Positions 8,446 through 19,511 of a stretch of 64,000 bases of DNA are shown in pieces (positions within the stretch are counted from its first letter, which is position 1; each line of letters starts with the position of its first letter). Under the pieces are notes generated by a model, which ran no database searches, was not told the origin of the DNA, and saw only the letters and a list, made by a program, of their open reading frames with translations. Source of the DNA: an uncultured Planctomycetota bacterium. Its GTDB lineage: Bacteria; Planctomycetota; Planctomycetia; Isosphaerales; Isosphaeraceae. The DNA is taken from the NCBI GenBank assembly GCA_963737655.1, contig CAVTTN010000002.1:992001-1056000 (forward strand), read 5' to 3'. Made by a program: the position numbers and the translations under genes.

Positions 8446-11400
8446 ATGAATGGGTTAATCCGCGCATCCCTGAAGAACCCGTACGCCGTGACGGTCATGG
8501 CCCTGACCATCATCGCCGTCGGCTACGTCTGCGCCACGAGCTTGCCGATCGACATCCTCCCCGTGTTCAAGAGCCCGGCCGTCCAGGCCCTGACGTTCTA
8601 CGGCGGGATGCCCGCCACCAGCGTCGAGAACGACATCACCAACCGGATGGAGCGCTGGACCGGCCAGGCCGCCGGGACCCAGCGCCAGGAGTCGCGGTCG
8701 ATCACCGGCGCGAGCATCGTCCGCAACTACTTCTTCGGCGACGTCGACCCCAACGGGGCGTTGACCCAGGTCAATTCGCTGGCGCTCTCGACGTTGCCGA
8801 ACCTGCCGCCGGGCACCCTGCCGCCGGTCGTCCTGCCGTTCGACCCGACGAGCACCACGCCGGTGGCCCTGGTGGCCCTGGACAGCCAGACCGGCGGTCC
8901 CACCGGCAAGGGCTGGGGCGAGTCGATCCTCTACGACGTCGGCCGCTACGAGGTCCGCAACATGATCGCGGGCATCCAGGGCGCCGTCGCCCCGGTCGTC
9001 TACGGCGGCAAGGTCCGCGCCGTGATGCTCTACCTCGATCGCGACAAGATGCAGGCCCGAGGCCTCTCCGCCCTGGACGTGATGAGGGCCGTCGACGACT
9101 ACAACCTCTTCCTCCCGACCGGCGACGCCAAGTTCGGCACCACCGACTACGCGCTGGACTCCAACTCGATGTACGCCGACGTCAAGGACATGGGCGGCAT
9201 CCCCCTGAGGACCAAGCAGGGCAATTCGGCGTACGTCCGCGACGTGGCCACGCCCGAGGACGCCAGCTTCATCCAGACCAACGTGGTCCGCGTCAACGGC
9301 GCCCGCCAGGTGTACATCCCGGTGTTCCGCCAGCTGGGGGCGAGCACCCTGAAGGTCGTCAACACGCTGAAGGACCAGCTCCCCGGGATGGAGGCCCGGC
9401 TGACCCGGCCGGACATCAAGCTCAAGACCGTGATGGACCAGTCGATCTACGTCCGCAAGTCGATCGAGAGCCTCGTCCAGGAAGGTCTCCTCGGCGCGGC
9501 GCTGTGCTCGCTGGTCATCTTGCTGTTCCTGGGCGACTGGAAGATGACGGTGATCGCGGTCCTGACCCTGCCGTTGTCGGTGCTCGGGGCGCTGATCGGC
9601 CTGTACGCCACGGGCAACTCGATCAACGTGATGACGCTGGCCGGGCTGTCGCTGGCCATCGGGCCGATGGTCGATAGCGCGATCATCTGCCTGGAGAACA
9701 CCCACCGCCACCTCGGCCTCGGGGCGAAGCCCGAGGAAGCGGCGTTCCTCGGGGCGAGCGAGGTGGCCCTGCCCGAGCTCGTGGCCATGCTCTGCACGCT
9801 GCTGGTGCTCTCCCCCCTGGCGCTGATGCCGGGCCTCGGCCAGTTCCTGTTCCGGCCGATGGCCCTGGCGGTCACCTTCGCCATGGTCTCCTCGTACCTG
9901 CTGTCGCGGACGTTCGTGCCGGCGCGTTCGGCGGGCTGGCTGAAGGCCCACGCCCACCCGGCCGTCGGCCCCGGCCACGAGGTCCCCGGCCACCGCGAGC
10001 CCGAGGAGGCGGAGACCTTCAAGATCAACGGCAACGGCAACAATCAGGGCTACGACCACGACCACGCCTCCCGACCCGGGCTCGTGCAACGCGCCTTCGC
10101 CTGGTGGGAGGCCCGGATCGAGGACGGCATCCGCTGGTATACCCGGCTCCTGAACCGCATCCTCAACGCCCGGATCTTCGTCGTCCTGACGGCCGTGGCG
10201 CTGCTGGCGGTGGTCCTCCTGGGCTTCGGCTCGCAGCTCCGCCGCGAGTTCTTCCCCGAGGTCGATGCCGGCGCCTTCGAGATGTACGTCCGGGCCCCGT
10301 CCGGGACGCGGATCGAGGACACCGAGGCCCGGATCGCCAAGGTCGAGGAGTTCCTCGTCAACACCATCGACAAGGCGTCTCTGCCGCCCGAAGAGTACGA
10401 GCGCCGCAAGAAGATCCGCGAGGACGTCAAGCTCGGCAAGGCGGCCCCCGCCGAGGCGGAGAAGGACGGGGAAGGGCACGGCGAGAAGGCCGAGTCGGAC
10501 CTCCAGCTCTACATCTCCGAGATCGGCGTGACGCCCGACTGGTCGGCCGCCTACACGCCCAACGCCGGCCCGATGGACTCGGTCGTCCGCGTCCAGCTCG
10601 AAGGGGAGCGGAAGCACTCGGCCCAGGAGTATGTGGACATGCTCCGCCGAGGGTTCGCCAACGACCCGAGCTTCGGCGACCTGGAATTCTCGTTCGACGC
10701 CGGGGGGATGATCCGAGGCGCCATGAACGAGGGCAAGGCCACCCCGATCAACATCCGGGTGACCGGCAAGAACCAGCAGAAGGCCTACGACGTGGCCGCC
10801 GCGATCAAGGCCAAGGTCCAGCCGATCGACGGCGTGGTCGACGCCCGGATCATCCAGAGGTTGAACTATCCCGAGTACATCATCAACGTCGATCGGGCCA
10901 AGGCCGCCGAGCTCGGCCTGAACCAGGAAGACGTGATGAGGACCATCGTGGCCGCCTCGAACTCGTCGATCCAGTTCAACAAGAAGAACTTCTGGATCGA
11001 CCCGATCAGCCACAACCAGTACTTCGTCGGCGTCTCCTACCGGCCCAAGGACATCAAGTCGATCGAGACCCTGCTGGACATCCCGATCACCGGCCGGAGC
11101 ACCAGCAACCTGGACAGCGCGACGCGGACGGTCCCGCTGCGGAACATCGTCAAGATCGACCGGACGCAGGTGCCGACCGAGGTCGTCCACTACAACGTCC
11201 AGCCGACGATCGAGCTGACGATGGGCGTCCAGGGCCGCGACCTCGGCCACGTGGCGGCCGACGTCGAGCAGGCGATCTACGAGTTCGGCGAGCGCCAGGC
11301 CGACGGCACCTGGGTCCCCTTCGAGAGGAAGTCCGGAGGCGCCGAGAAGGCGCTCATGAAGGGCACGAAGATCGTCCTCTCCGGCGAGTACGAGCGGATG

Positions 11401-11976
11401 CAGAACACGTTCCGCGACCTGGGTTTCGGCCTGGTCGGGGCGTCCCTGCTGATCTACTTCCTGATGGTCTCGCTGTTCAAGTCGTACGTCACGCCGCTGG
11501 TCATCCTGTTCGCCGTGCCGATCGGCCTGGTGGGCGTGGTGACGCTCCTGTTCGTGACGGGGACGGCGATCAGCGTGCAGTCGCTGCTCGGGGTGATCTT
11601 CATGGTGGGCATCGTCGTGTCCAACACGGTGCTGCTGGTGGACTTCGCCCAGAACCTCAGGACCGAGGAAGGGCTCACGCCCGACGCGGCGATCCGCAAG
11701 GCGGCGTCGGTGCGGGTCCGCCCGGTGGTGATGACGGCCCTGGCCGCGTTCTTCGCGCTGATCCCGATGGCCCTGGGCGTCGAGCGCGGCAGCGAGGCCA
11801 ACGCCCCCCTGGGCCGGGCGGTCATCGGCGGCCTCGTGGCCGGCCTGGTGACGACCCTGCTGGTCGTGCCGTCGCTGTATTCGCTCGTGGTCAAGGACGC
11901 GCCGGGAGCCGGCCCGAGGCGCGAGCCCCGGCCGGAGACCGAGCCCGAGCCGACGCCCGATGCCGGTTGGGCCTGA
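8446..11976 (+). CDS. RND efflux transporter permease (AcrB/CzcA/CusA superfamily)
   Basis: MNGLIRASLKNP; LPIDILP; GPMVDSAIICLEN (TM4); RVRPVVMTALAAFFALIPMALG; APLGRAVIGG; His-rich cytoplasmic insertion. Confidence 0.95.
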   Translation: MNGLIRASLKNPYAVTVMALTIIAVGYVCATSLPIDILPVFKSPAVQALTFYGGMPATSVENDITNRMERWTGQAAGTQRQESRSITGASIVRNYFFGDVDPNGALTQVNSLALSTLPNLPPGTLPPVVLPFDPTSTTPVALVALDSQTGGPTGKGWGESILYDVGRYEVRNMIAGIQGAVAPVVYGGKVRAVMLYLDRDKMQARGLSALDVMRAVDDYNLFLPTGDAKFGTTDYALDSNSMYADVKDMGGIPLRTKQGNSAYVRDVATPEDASFIQTNVVRVNGARQVYIPVFRQLGASTLKVVNTLKDQLPGMEARLTRPDIKLKTVMDQSIYVRKSIESLVQEGLLGAALCSLVILLFLGDWKMTVIAVLTLPLSVLGALIGLYATGNSINVMTLAGLSLAIGPMVDSAIICLENTHRHLGLGAKPEEAAFLGASEVALPELVAMLCTLLVLSPLALMPGLGQFLFRPMALAVTFAMVSSYLLSRTFVPARSAGWLKAHAHPAVGPGHEVPGHREPEEAETFKINGNGNNQGYDHDHASRPGLVQRAFAWWEARIEDGIRWYTRLLNRILNARIFVVLTAVALLAVVLLGFGSQLRREFFPEVDAGAFEMYVRAPSGTRIEDTEARIAKVEEFLVNTIDKASLPPEEYERRKKIREDVKLGKAAPAEAEKDGEGHGEKAESDLQLYISEIGVTPDWSAAYTPNAGPMDSVVRVQLEGERKHSAQEYVDMLRRGFANDPSFGDLEFSFDAGGMIRGAMNEGKATPINIRVTGKNQQKAYDVAAAIKAKVQPIDGVVDARIIQRLNYPEYIINVDRAKAAELGLNQEDVMRTIVAASNSSIQFNKKNFWIDPISHNQYFVGVSYRPKDIKSIETLLDIPITGRSTSNLDSATRTVPLRNIVKIDRTQVPTEVVHYNVQPTIELTMGVQGRDLGHVAADVEQAIYEFGERQADGTWVPFERKSGGAEKALMKGTKIVLSGEYERMQNTFRDLGFGLVGASLLIYFLMVSLFKSYVTPLVILFAVPIGLVGVVTLLFVTGTAISVQSLLGVIFMVGIVVSNTVLLVDFAQNLRTEEGLTPDAAIRKAASVRVRPVVMTALAAFFALIPMALGVERGSEANAPLGRAVIGGLVAGLVTTLLVVPSLYSLVVKDAPGAGPRREPRPETEPEPTPDAGWA

Positions 11977-12125
11977 TCGTCGCGGATGGGAGGCTCACGG
12001 CGGCGCGCCCCGGGGAAAAACGCTGGCCCGGGCGCGCGCCGGCCTTCCGATCCTCATCAGGAATCGCAGGTGAGACCGGCCCTCGACCGCCGTTCGGGGG
12101 CAGACCGACCGAGAGGGCCCCGTCC

Positions 12126-12940
12126 ATGATCCGTCGCCGCCGGGCCGCCCGATTCCGGCCGGAGGTCGCCTCGCTGGAAGCCCGGGCCCTGCTCTCCGGG
12201 GCCGGCGTCCACACGCCCCGGCCGTCCGACTTCCACAAGGCGTATACCAACCTGCTGACGATCCGCCTCCAGGCCTCGGCCAGTTCCACCTCGCGGGTGA
12301 GCTCGGCCTTCCAGGCATTCGTCCAGAACTACCTGGGAATCCCGGTGGCCGCCCAGGGCAAGGCGCCCACGTTCACCGGCTCGACCAGCCCGGGGCCGGG
12401 CGGCGCCCCGGCGGCGGCTCGCCCGGCAGCACCCCGCCCAGCGGGCCGCCGGCCTCGGCCGGGGTCGTCCCGGTCGGGACCGTCCCGGCCGTCCCGTCGC
12501 TGGACAACTACCTCAGCCAGCTCAGCGACCAGGTCTCGCTCGCCCTCCAGACCTACATCCCCACGACCAACCGAACCCAGCCGTCGGTCCAGACCGGGCC
12601 GAAGTTCACGCCCGACGCCGCCCGGGCCCTGATCCCGTTCGCCCAGCAGCAGATCGAGACGCTGGGCGAGGAGATCCGGGCGAATCCGCCGATCTACAAC
12701 GCCAACGGCACCCTGGCCAACGCCCAGCCGTACAACGCGACGGAGGCGGCGTTCAACGCGATCCTCAACGCCGAGGCGGAGAACAGCGTTCATCCGAATC
12801 TGTTCACCTCGCCGGGCGACTACTACATCAACCCGTCCGTCCAGTTCAAGTTCCCGTTCACGACGGCCCCGGCCGATGCGGGCTCCGGGTACTTCGTGAA
12901 GGGGCCCGGCGGCGCCCGCCTCGGTCCGGGTCGCCGCTAA
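12126..12940 (+). CDS. Hypothetical protein with 'LE..R.LL' N-terminal motif (frameshift near 12410)
   Basis: MIRRRRAARFRPEVASLEARALLS; protein-like sequence continues in another frame (SLDNYLSQLSDQVSLALQTY...YFVKGPGG) to TAA at 12938-12940. Confidence 0.7.
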
Positions 12941-13019
12941 CGAATGGGGCCGGAGGGGACTTCCCTCGGTCTCGCCGCCGTCTTTCCTTCCCCCTATGGG
13001 CCCCTCGGGACGTTGCATC

Positions 13020-14013
13020 ATGAGTGAGCCGATTCGGATCGCCATCTCCGGGGCCGCCGGCCAGATCGGCTATGCCCTCACCTTTCGCATCGCGGCCGGG
13101 GCCATGTTCGGCCAGGATCAGTCCGTCGAGCTCCAGCTCCTGGAGGCCCCGGGTCGGCTCGGCCCCCTCCAGGCCGTGGAGATGGAGCTGAAGGACTGCG
13201 CCTTCCCTCTGCTCTCCAACGTCCGAATCGGCACGTCTCCCCGAGAGGTCTTCGCCGGGGCCGACTGGGTCATCCTCCTCGGGGGGCCCCGCGATGGGGC
13301 GAGGGGCAGTCCCGCCGCGAACTCCTGCTGCACAACGGGCCGATCTTCATCGAGCACGGCCGCGCCATCAATGACTCCTGCCCGTGCGCCCGGGTCCTGG
13401 TCGTCGCCAACCCGTGTAACACCAATTGCGCCATCGCCCGGTCCTTCGCCCCGGACGTCCCCCAGGAGCACTGGTTCGCCCTGAACCGCCTGGAGCGGAT
13501 GAGGGCCACCGCCATGCTCGCCGAGAAGGCCGGAGTCCCGGTCAACCACGTGACCCGGATGACCGTCTGGGGCAACCGGGGCCCGTCCATCTTCGCCGAC
13601 TTCCACAACGCCTTCATCGGCGATCGCCCGGCGCCGGAGGTCATCCGCGACGACGCGTGGGTCCGGGACGTCTTCGAACCGGCCGTCGGCCGTCGGAGCC
13701 TGGAAATCATCCGCCTCCGGGCGCCTCGCCCGCGGCCACCGCCGCCCAGGCCATCCTCGGCACCATCCGCTCGATCACCACGCCCACCCCGTTCGAGAGG
13801 CGGTTCGGCGCCTCGGTCGTCTCCGACGGCAGCTACGGGGTGCCCCGGGGTCTGGTCTTCGGCTTCCCCCTGACGTCCGAGGACGGCAAGACCTGGTCGG
13901 TCGTCGAGGGCCTGTACCTCGACACCTACGCCCAGGAACGGATCTCCGCCAACATCGCCGAGCTCCAGCATGAGCTGACCATCGCCAACGAGTTCATGGG
14001 CACGGCCGTCTGA
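13020..14013 (+). CDS. mdh: Malate dehydrogenase (two frameshifts, near 13290 and 13720; likely sequence errors)
   Basis: IRIAISGAAGQIGYALTFRIAAG, MELKDCAFPLL, then LLLHNGPIF, VLVVANPCNTN, VWGNRG, SDGSYGVPRGLVFGFP, spread across three frames. Confidence 0.9.
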
Positions 14014-14200
14014 CCGATCGCCCGCGTCCGCCGGACCGCGCGGCCGCCGCCTGATCGCTGAGCCTTCCTCCCCAGACCTCCCAATCGACGGCGACCGCCG
14101 GCCCCCATGCTCCCGGGGCCGGCGGTCGCTGTTGCATGCGCGTCGCTCGGGATCACGACGGCCCGGACCCCGACGGAGCGGTCCGGAATCCGGGGGCGGC

Positions 14201-14434
14201 CAGGGCCGTTTCCTTCTCGGTGGAACGATTCTTCCCAAGTGCCCTGTGGAAAACCCATCGAAGCATCGACACGAGTATGTCCGAATTCAGTCGGACCTAC
14301 TCGGTTGACCTCTTCGATCGGGGTTTACTACAGAGCACTTCCGAAGGGTTTTGTGTGGCACGGATTCCGAGGACGGAACCCGTGCCACACAAAATGCTCC
14401 CGGCCGAAATCTCTGGGAAGAGGAAACGGCCCTG
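14201..14434. mobile_element. Non-autonomous MITE-like element (234 bp) with ISAs1-like ends
   Basis: Perfect 14-bp TIR CAGGGCCGTTTCCT (14201-14214) / AGGAAACGGCCCTG (14421-14434), flanked by a 10-bp direct repeat CGGGGGCGGC (14191-14200 and 14435-14444). Lower GC than the surroundings; no transposase. Confidence 0.8.
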
Positions 14435-14725
14435 CGGGGGCGGCCGATTTCGTTGCAAAGAAGCAACACGGCGAAAAACCTCCAGCGAATTGGACTCCGA
14501 ACGGATGGCGCCCCTCAGGATTGCCTTAGTTACCTGGGGAGACCCGATGCAAGCCGTCCCCGCCTCCGAGAAATGGACGTCGGAGGACGGCGTCCCCTCG
14601 CCTTGACCGGAAGGATGTCTTCCGACGTGCGACCTCGTCGAGCGAGGTCCAACCGACGGCCCCGGTGCTCCGCCCTCTCAGGCCCCCGAAACGGCGCTCC
14701 TCCAGCCAGCTCCGGAGAATCCTCG

Positions 14726-17700
14726 ATGAGCCTGCCGACGATGCCGCCCTCTCCCGGCTTCCTGTCCCGTCTGCGGAGACGAGGACGGCCCCGCAGACTT
14801 CTGCGCTCGGTCCTCGAGCCGTTGGAAGGGCGTGTCGTCCCGGCCACCGTCCTTGACGGGGGCACCTCGACGCTGACGATCCACCTCGACGCGAACGACC
14901 ATTTGAGCCTGGAGGCGAACGCCTCGTCCTACACGATTTCGATCACCGCCCCCTCGGGTGTGGACAGCGAAAACGGCCCGACCTCCGGGAAGCTCGTGAA
15001 CAAGGGCATCCAGTCGGGGAATTTCGACAACCCCCCTCCCCAGAACCTTTCGACGACGTCGCTGACGGTCAATTCGAACGGGGTCAGCGACTACCAGTCG
15101 ATTCTGATCGATGATTCCCTCGGGACCGGCTCCGCGGTCAATCTCCTCGATAGCAACGGGAATGTCTATGCGGCCAATATCGGGATCGATCTGGAGAACA
15201 GCCCGGGGCCGCAGTCGGTCCAGGTCCAGAGCACGGCCTTCTCCGGCAACGCCGGCCTGACGGTGAAGACGACCGACCAGATCCAGGTCCTCTCCGGGTC
15301 GCAAACCTACTCGATCGCGACGGGCACCGGCGCGGTCAGCCTGACCGCGGGGATCGGCGGAGGCGCCAACTTCGCCTCGGGGGACTACATCGGAGTGGAG
15401 GTCGAGGCCCCGATCGAGACGAATTCGGGCCCCGTCACCGTCGTCGGCAACGGATCGACCGCCGCGGACCCCTCGAATGATTCCAGCGAGGGCGTCCGGA
15501 TCATCAACAACGGCCTGATCCTCACCTACTTCGGCTCGATCTCGGTCTCCGGGACGGCCGGCTCGGCCAACTACAGCGCCGTGGCCCTCACCAATACCGT
15601 CGGCGCGTACACGGGTATCATCTCCACCTTCGGCAACATCAGCATCACGGGCGACGGCGGGACCACGACCTCCGGCGTGTACGTCGGCGACGGGAGCTTC
15701 GTCAAGTCGCTCGGCACCGGGGCGAACGCCGGGACGGTCTCGATCCACGGGACCTCGACGAACTACTTCGGCGTGGATGTCAACGACGCCGCGGTATCGA
15801 CCTCCGCCGGGAACGCCTCGATCACCGGGACGACGGCCTCGACCAACGGCGGGATCGGCGGGGTGGCGGTCATCAACGACGGAGCCGTCACCTCGTCCGG
15901 CAACGGGTCAATCACCATCGCGGGCCACGCCGACGACCCGAATTCGACCGTCGATGGGATCACGGTCTACAACGGGGCCTCGATCACCGCCACCGGGGCC
16001 GGCGGCGTCTCCCTGACCGGCACCTCGGTCGGCCACTACGGCATCGTGATCACCGACGGCGGGACGACGGTCTCCGCGGCCGACGGCCCCCTGAGCCTCG
16101 ACGGCACGTCGAGCGCGACCGGAGGCGGGCTCGGCGGAGTGGCCGTGATCAACGGCGGGGCCATCGGCACGACCGGCTCCGGCTCGATCACCGTCCACGG
16201 GACCGGCACCGGGGCCGGGTCGATCGCCAACGGCACGCTGGTCTACGGGGCCGGGGCGATCACGACGACCGGCACCGGGGGGATCGCCATCACCGGCTCG
16301 TCGGTCGGGCAGGACGGCGTGAACCTGTCCGACTCGAACTCGAAGGTGACGACGGCCGGCGGGAACATCTCCATCTCCGGGACGACCGCCGCGACCGACG
16401 GATCGCCCGCGGTGGCGATCCAGAGCGACGCCTTGTTGGGATCGACGGGCGCCGGGAACATCTCCATCGGGGGGACCGCGACGGGCTCCGCCCAGGGGAT
16501 CGGGCTCTACAACTCGTCGAGCGTCCAGTCGGCCGGAGGGGTGATCTCGATCATCGGCCAGGGGTCCGGCAACGGCGGCATCGAGGTCTCCCAGGGCGTG
16601 ACCCTCGGCACGACCGGCGGCTCAGGGATCACCCTCCAGGGCACGGACACCGCCTCCTCCGGCGACAACAGCGACGGCATCCGGTTCGGCGGCACCGGCC
16701 CCAGCATCACGACCGTCGATGGCGACATCGCCCTGATCGGCCAGGCCGGAGGCGACGACGCCCTCCAGCTCGACCCCGGCTCGACGGCGACCCTCAGCGC
16801 CTCGGGCGCCGGCTCCATCACCCTCTCCGGCACGAGCACCGCTTCGGGCTCTTACGGCGAGGGGATCGAGGCCGGGAGCCTCGCCATCACCACCAAGACC
16901 GGCAACATCTCCATCTCGGGGACCACCAGCAGCGAGCACGGCATCTCCCTGAGCAACTCGACGATCCAGGCCACGGCCGCCGGGGCGATCTCCTTCGACG
17001 GCACGAGCACCACCACGGCCACCTACGGCGACGGCGTCCAGTTGGATACCGTCACCGTCGGCTCGGCCGGCGGCGGGATCTCGTTCACCGGCCACTCCGC
17101 CTTCAACAGCGGGATCACGCTCCAGAACTCGGGCGTCTCGACGACCGGCTCGGCCACGATCACCCTGGACGGCACGAGCACCACCACGGCCTCGGCCGGG
17201 CAGGGCATCGAGCTCGACACCGCCTCGATCGCCTCGGTCGACGGCAAGATCGCCCTGACCGGCTCCAGCACCGACAACGACGGCATCGCCCTCTACAGCA
17301 GCTCCACCATCCAGGCCACCGGCGCCGGGGCCGTGGACCTCAACGGCACGAGCACCGCCACCGATTACAGCTACGGCAACTATGGGGTGGCGGTCAGCCA
17401 GTCGCAGGTCAAGGCGGCGGGCGGGGCCCTGACGGTCGAAGGCTCGTCGTCGCTGACCAGCAACCCCATCGGCATCCTGATCCAGGACGGCTCGACGGTC
17501 GGCTCCTCGGCGCCGGGCTGACGATCACCAGTTCCCGGGCCTTTTCCGAGGATTCCAGCAGCACCCTCTCGGGCTCGGTGGTCTCGATCGCGATCGACTC
17601 GGGCCAGAGGGCGCCGGGAACTTTCGCCGACGTCTACGGGACGATCAACAGCGGCTCGACGATCACCCTGACCGGCAATTCGCTGGCCGAGACGATCGAC

Positions 17701-18745
17701 TATCGAGCCCAGCTCGGCCGGGGCCCGCGTCTCGCTGATGGGCGGCGGCGGAGGCGACGATTACATCCTCACGCCCGGCACCCTGGGCGAGTTGATCTAC
17801 GTCGTCGAGGGGGCCGATTCGGCCTCCGACACCGTCAGTGTGATCGGCACCAGCGGCGACGATTCGGTGATCATCCAGCCCGAGACGCCCGGCTACGGCC
17901 TGGTCTCGTTCGTGAACCTGGACGGCCACATCGTCAGCTTCAACGCCGCCCCGGGGAACCTCTCGGTCGCCGGCGGTCTCGGCAATGACTCCTTCAACGT
18001 CACCCCCCTGGCCGGGACGACGATCTCGGTCGACGGCCAGGCCCCGTACTCCACCGCCACCGGCGACTCCTTGACGGTGACCGCCCCCCCGGGCCAGACG
18101 TCCTCGCCCAGCTTCAGCGACGCCTACGACGGCACCTTCCACACCACCGGCGGATTCGGCGACGTGAACTTCGCCAGCATCGAATCCGTCACCGTCCCCC
18201 TGGTCACCGTCGTGCACTTCTACGCCCTCTACGGCAACGGCCTGTCCTACGACCTGTCCACCACGCCGACCCGCGACCTCCCCTGGCAGGTCACCGGGTT
18301 CCGTGCCGTCTTCAGCGAGGCCGTGAACGCCTCGGCCGGGAGCCTCTCCTTCACCGGCACCGGGGCGCCGACGGTCGGCTCGTTCTCCGGCTCGGGGACG
18401 GCCACGGTGACCTGGACCCTCTCCAGCCCGGCGACCCTGGCCAATGTCACCGCCTCGATCGCCTCCAGCGGCCCGTACGCGGTGACCGGGGCCTCGGACA
18501 ACGCGATGCTCGACGGCAACCCGAACAACCCCGGCCCCGACCCGTACTCCGAGGCGATCAAGATCCTCTACGGCGACGTGGACGGCGATACCACCATCGG
18601 GGCCCGCGACACGGCGATCTCGCTCGCGGCCTCGCAGATGAGGGCCGTCCCGGTCGCGGCCCTCTACCTCGACGTCAACGGCGACGGCAAGGTAGACTCC
18701 GCCGATTACAACATCGTCCGCAGCCAGGCCGGCAAGCATCTATGA
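14726..18745 (+). CDS. Giant secreted Gly/Ser/Thr-rich repeat protein (beta-helix adhesin-like) with C-terminal dockerin-like domain; frameshifts near 17510 and 17710
   Basis: N-terminal RSVLEPLEGRVVPA; many repeats of the type ITTTGTGGIAITGSS; C-terminal LYGDVDGDTTIGARD...YLDVNGDGKVDSADYNIVRSQAG (duplicated Ca-binding loops). Assembled from track ORFs 14351, 17578 and 17738. Confidence 0.85.
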
Positions 18746-18803
18746 TCCGATCCCGGCCCCGCCATCCTCCGATCCCTGGCCCGCACCAACCCGAGGACCG
18801 CTC

Positions 18804-19427
18804 ATGATCCGCATCCCCAGACGTCCCGCCGGCCTCCTGCTCGCCCTGATCGGCCTGGTCCTCCTCCCCGGGCCTCGGGCCTCGGCCGACGTCTTCATCG
18901 AGGTCGATCCGATCCTCAACGTGGCGGCCGGGTCCACGGGGAACGTGTTCGACGTGTACCTCTACACCTCGGCCGACGTCCCGGACCTGGTGTCCTTCGG
19001 CGTGAGCATCTCGGTGCCGACCGGGTCGGGGATCAGCCTGGTCAGCGGCAGCGAGGGGACGACCGATCCCTACATCTTCTCGGCCAACAACACCGGTCTT
19101 CAGTTCAACAACCCCTCCGGGCCCGAGACGGGCTACCTCGGCGACGACGCGAGCCCTTCCACGTCGCTGACCGGCGGCCAGTACTACGGGCTCGGACGGA
19201 TCTCATTCGACGTCAGCGGCTCCACCCCGACCGGGGACTACGCCCTGACGATCGACCCGGGCGACTCGCTGTTCGACTCCTCGTTCAACCCGATCGCATT
19301 CACGCCGCTCAACGGGGTCATCCACGTGACCAATGCCGTCCCCGAGCCGGCGTCGATCGTCCTCCTCGGCCTCGGGGGCATCGCCCTGGCGCGCCGGGAC
19401 CCCCTCCGGAAGCGTGCGTCGGCCTGA
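18804..19427 (+). CDS. PEP-CTERM sorting-domain protein with a cohesin-like beta-sandwich
   Basis: Signal peptide; FDVYL..SFGVSISV..LGRISFDVSGSTPTGDYALTID..NGVIHV; C-terminal VPEPASIVLLGLGGIALARR. Confidence 0.85.
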   Translation: MIRIPRRPAGLLLALIGLVLLPGPRASADVFIEVDPILNVAAGSTGNVFDVYLYTSADVPDLVSFGVSISVPTGSGISLVSGSEGTTDPYIFSANNTGLQFNNPSGPETGYLGDDASPSTSLTGGQYYGLGRISFDVSGSTPTGDYALTIDPGDSLFDSSFNPIAFTPLNGVIHVTNAVPEPASIVLLGLGGIALARRDPLRKRASA

Positions 19428-19511
19428 GCCGGGACCCTCGGACCGCGATCCGCCCGACCGATCCCCTCCCGAAGGGACCGGCGGGCGTTCCCGCGCGCCG
19501 AGGCCGGCCGA

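Noticed and set aside
8455..11250. Long antisense and alternate-frame ORFs (e.g. 8455-11250, 1074-2675, 24483-26999, 34087-36513, 36825-38843)
   Set aside because: Shadow ORFs of high-GC genes; they overlap well-supported CDSs and lack recognisable motifs.
13020..14013. mdh as a true pseudogene or programmed frameshift
   Set aside because: The breaks lie at or next to homopolymer runs like those in many other genes here, and no slippery-site/hairpin signal was recognised.
14201..14434. Retron msr-msd or 6S RNA interpretation of the structured region
   Set aside because: No reverse transcriptase nearby; terminal inverted repeats plus an exact 10-bp flanking duplication fit a MITE better.
17505..17525. 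Selenocysteine or readthrough at the adhesin TGA (17519-17521)
   Set aside because: The coding sequence continues in a different frame; a single missing G explains it.
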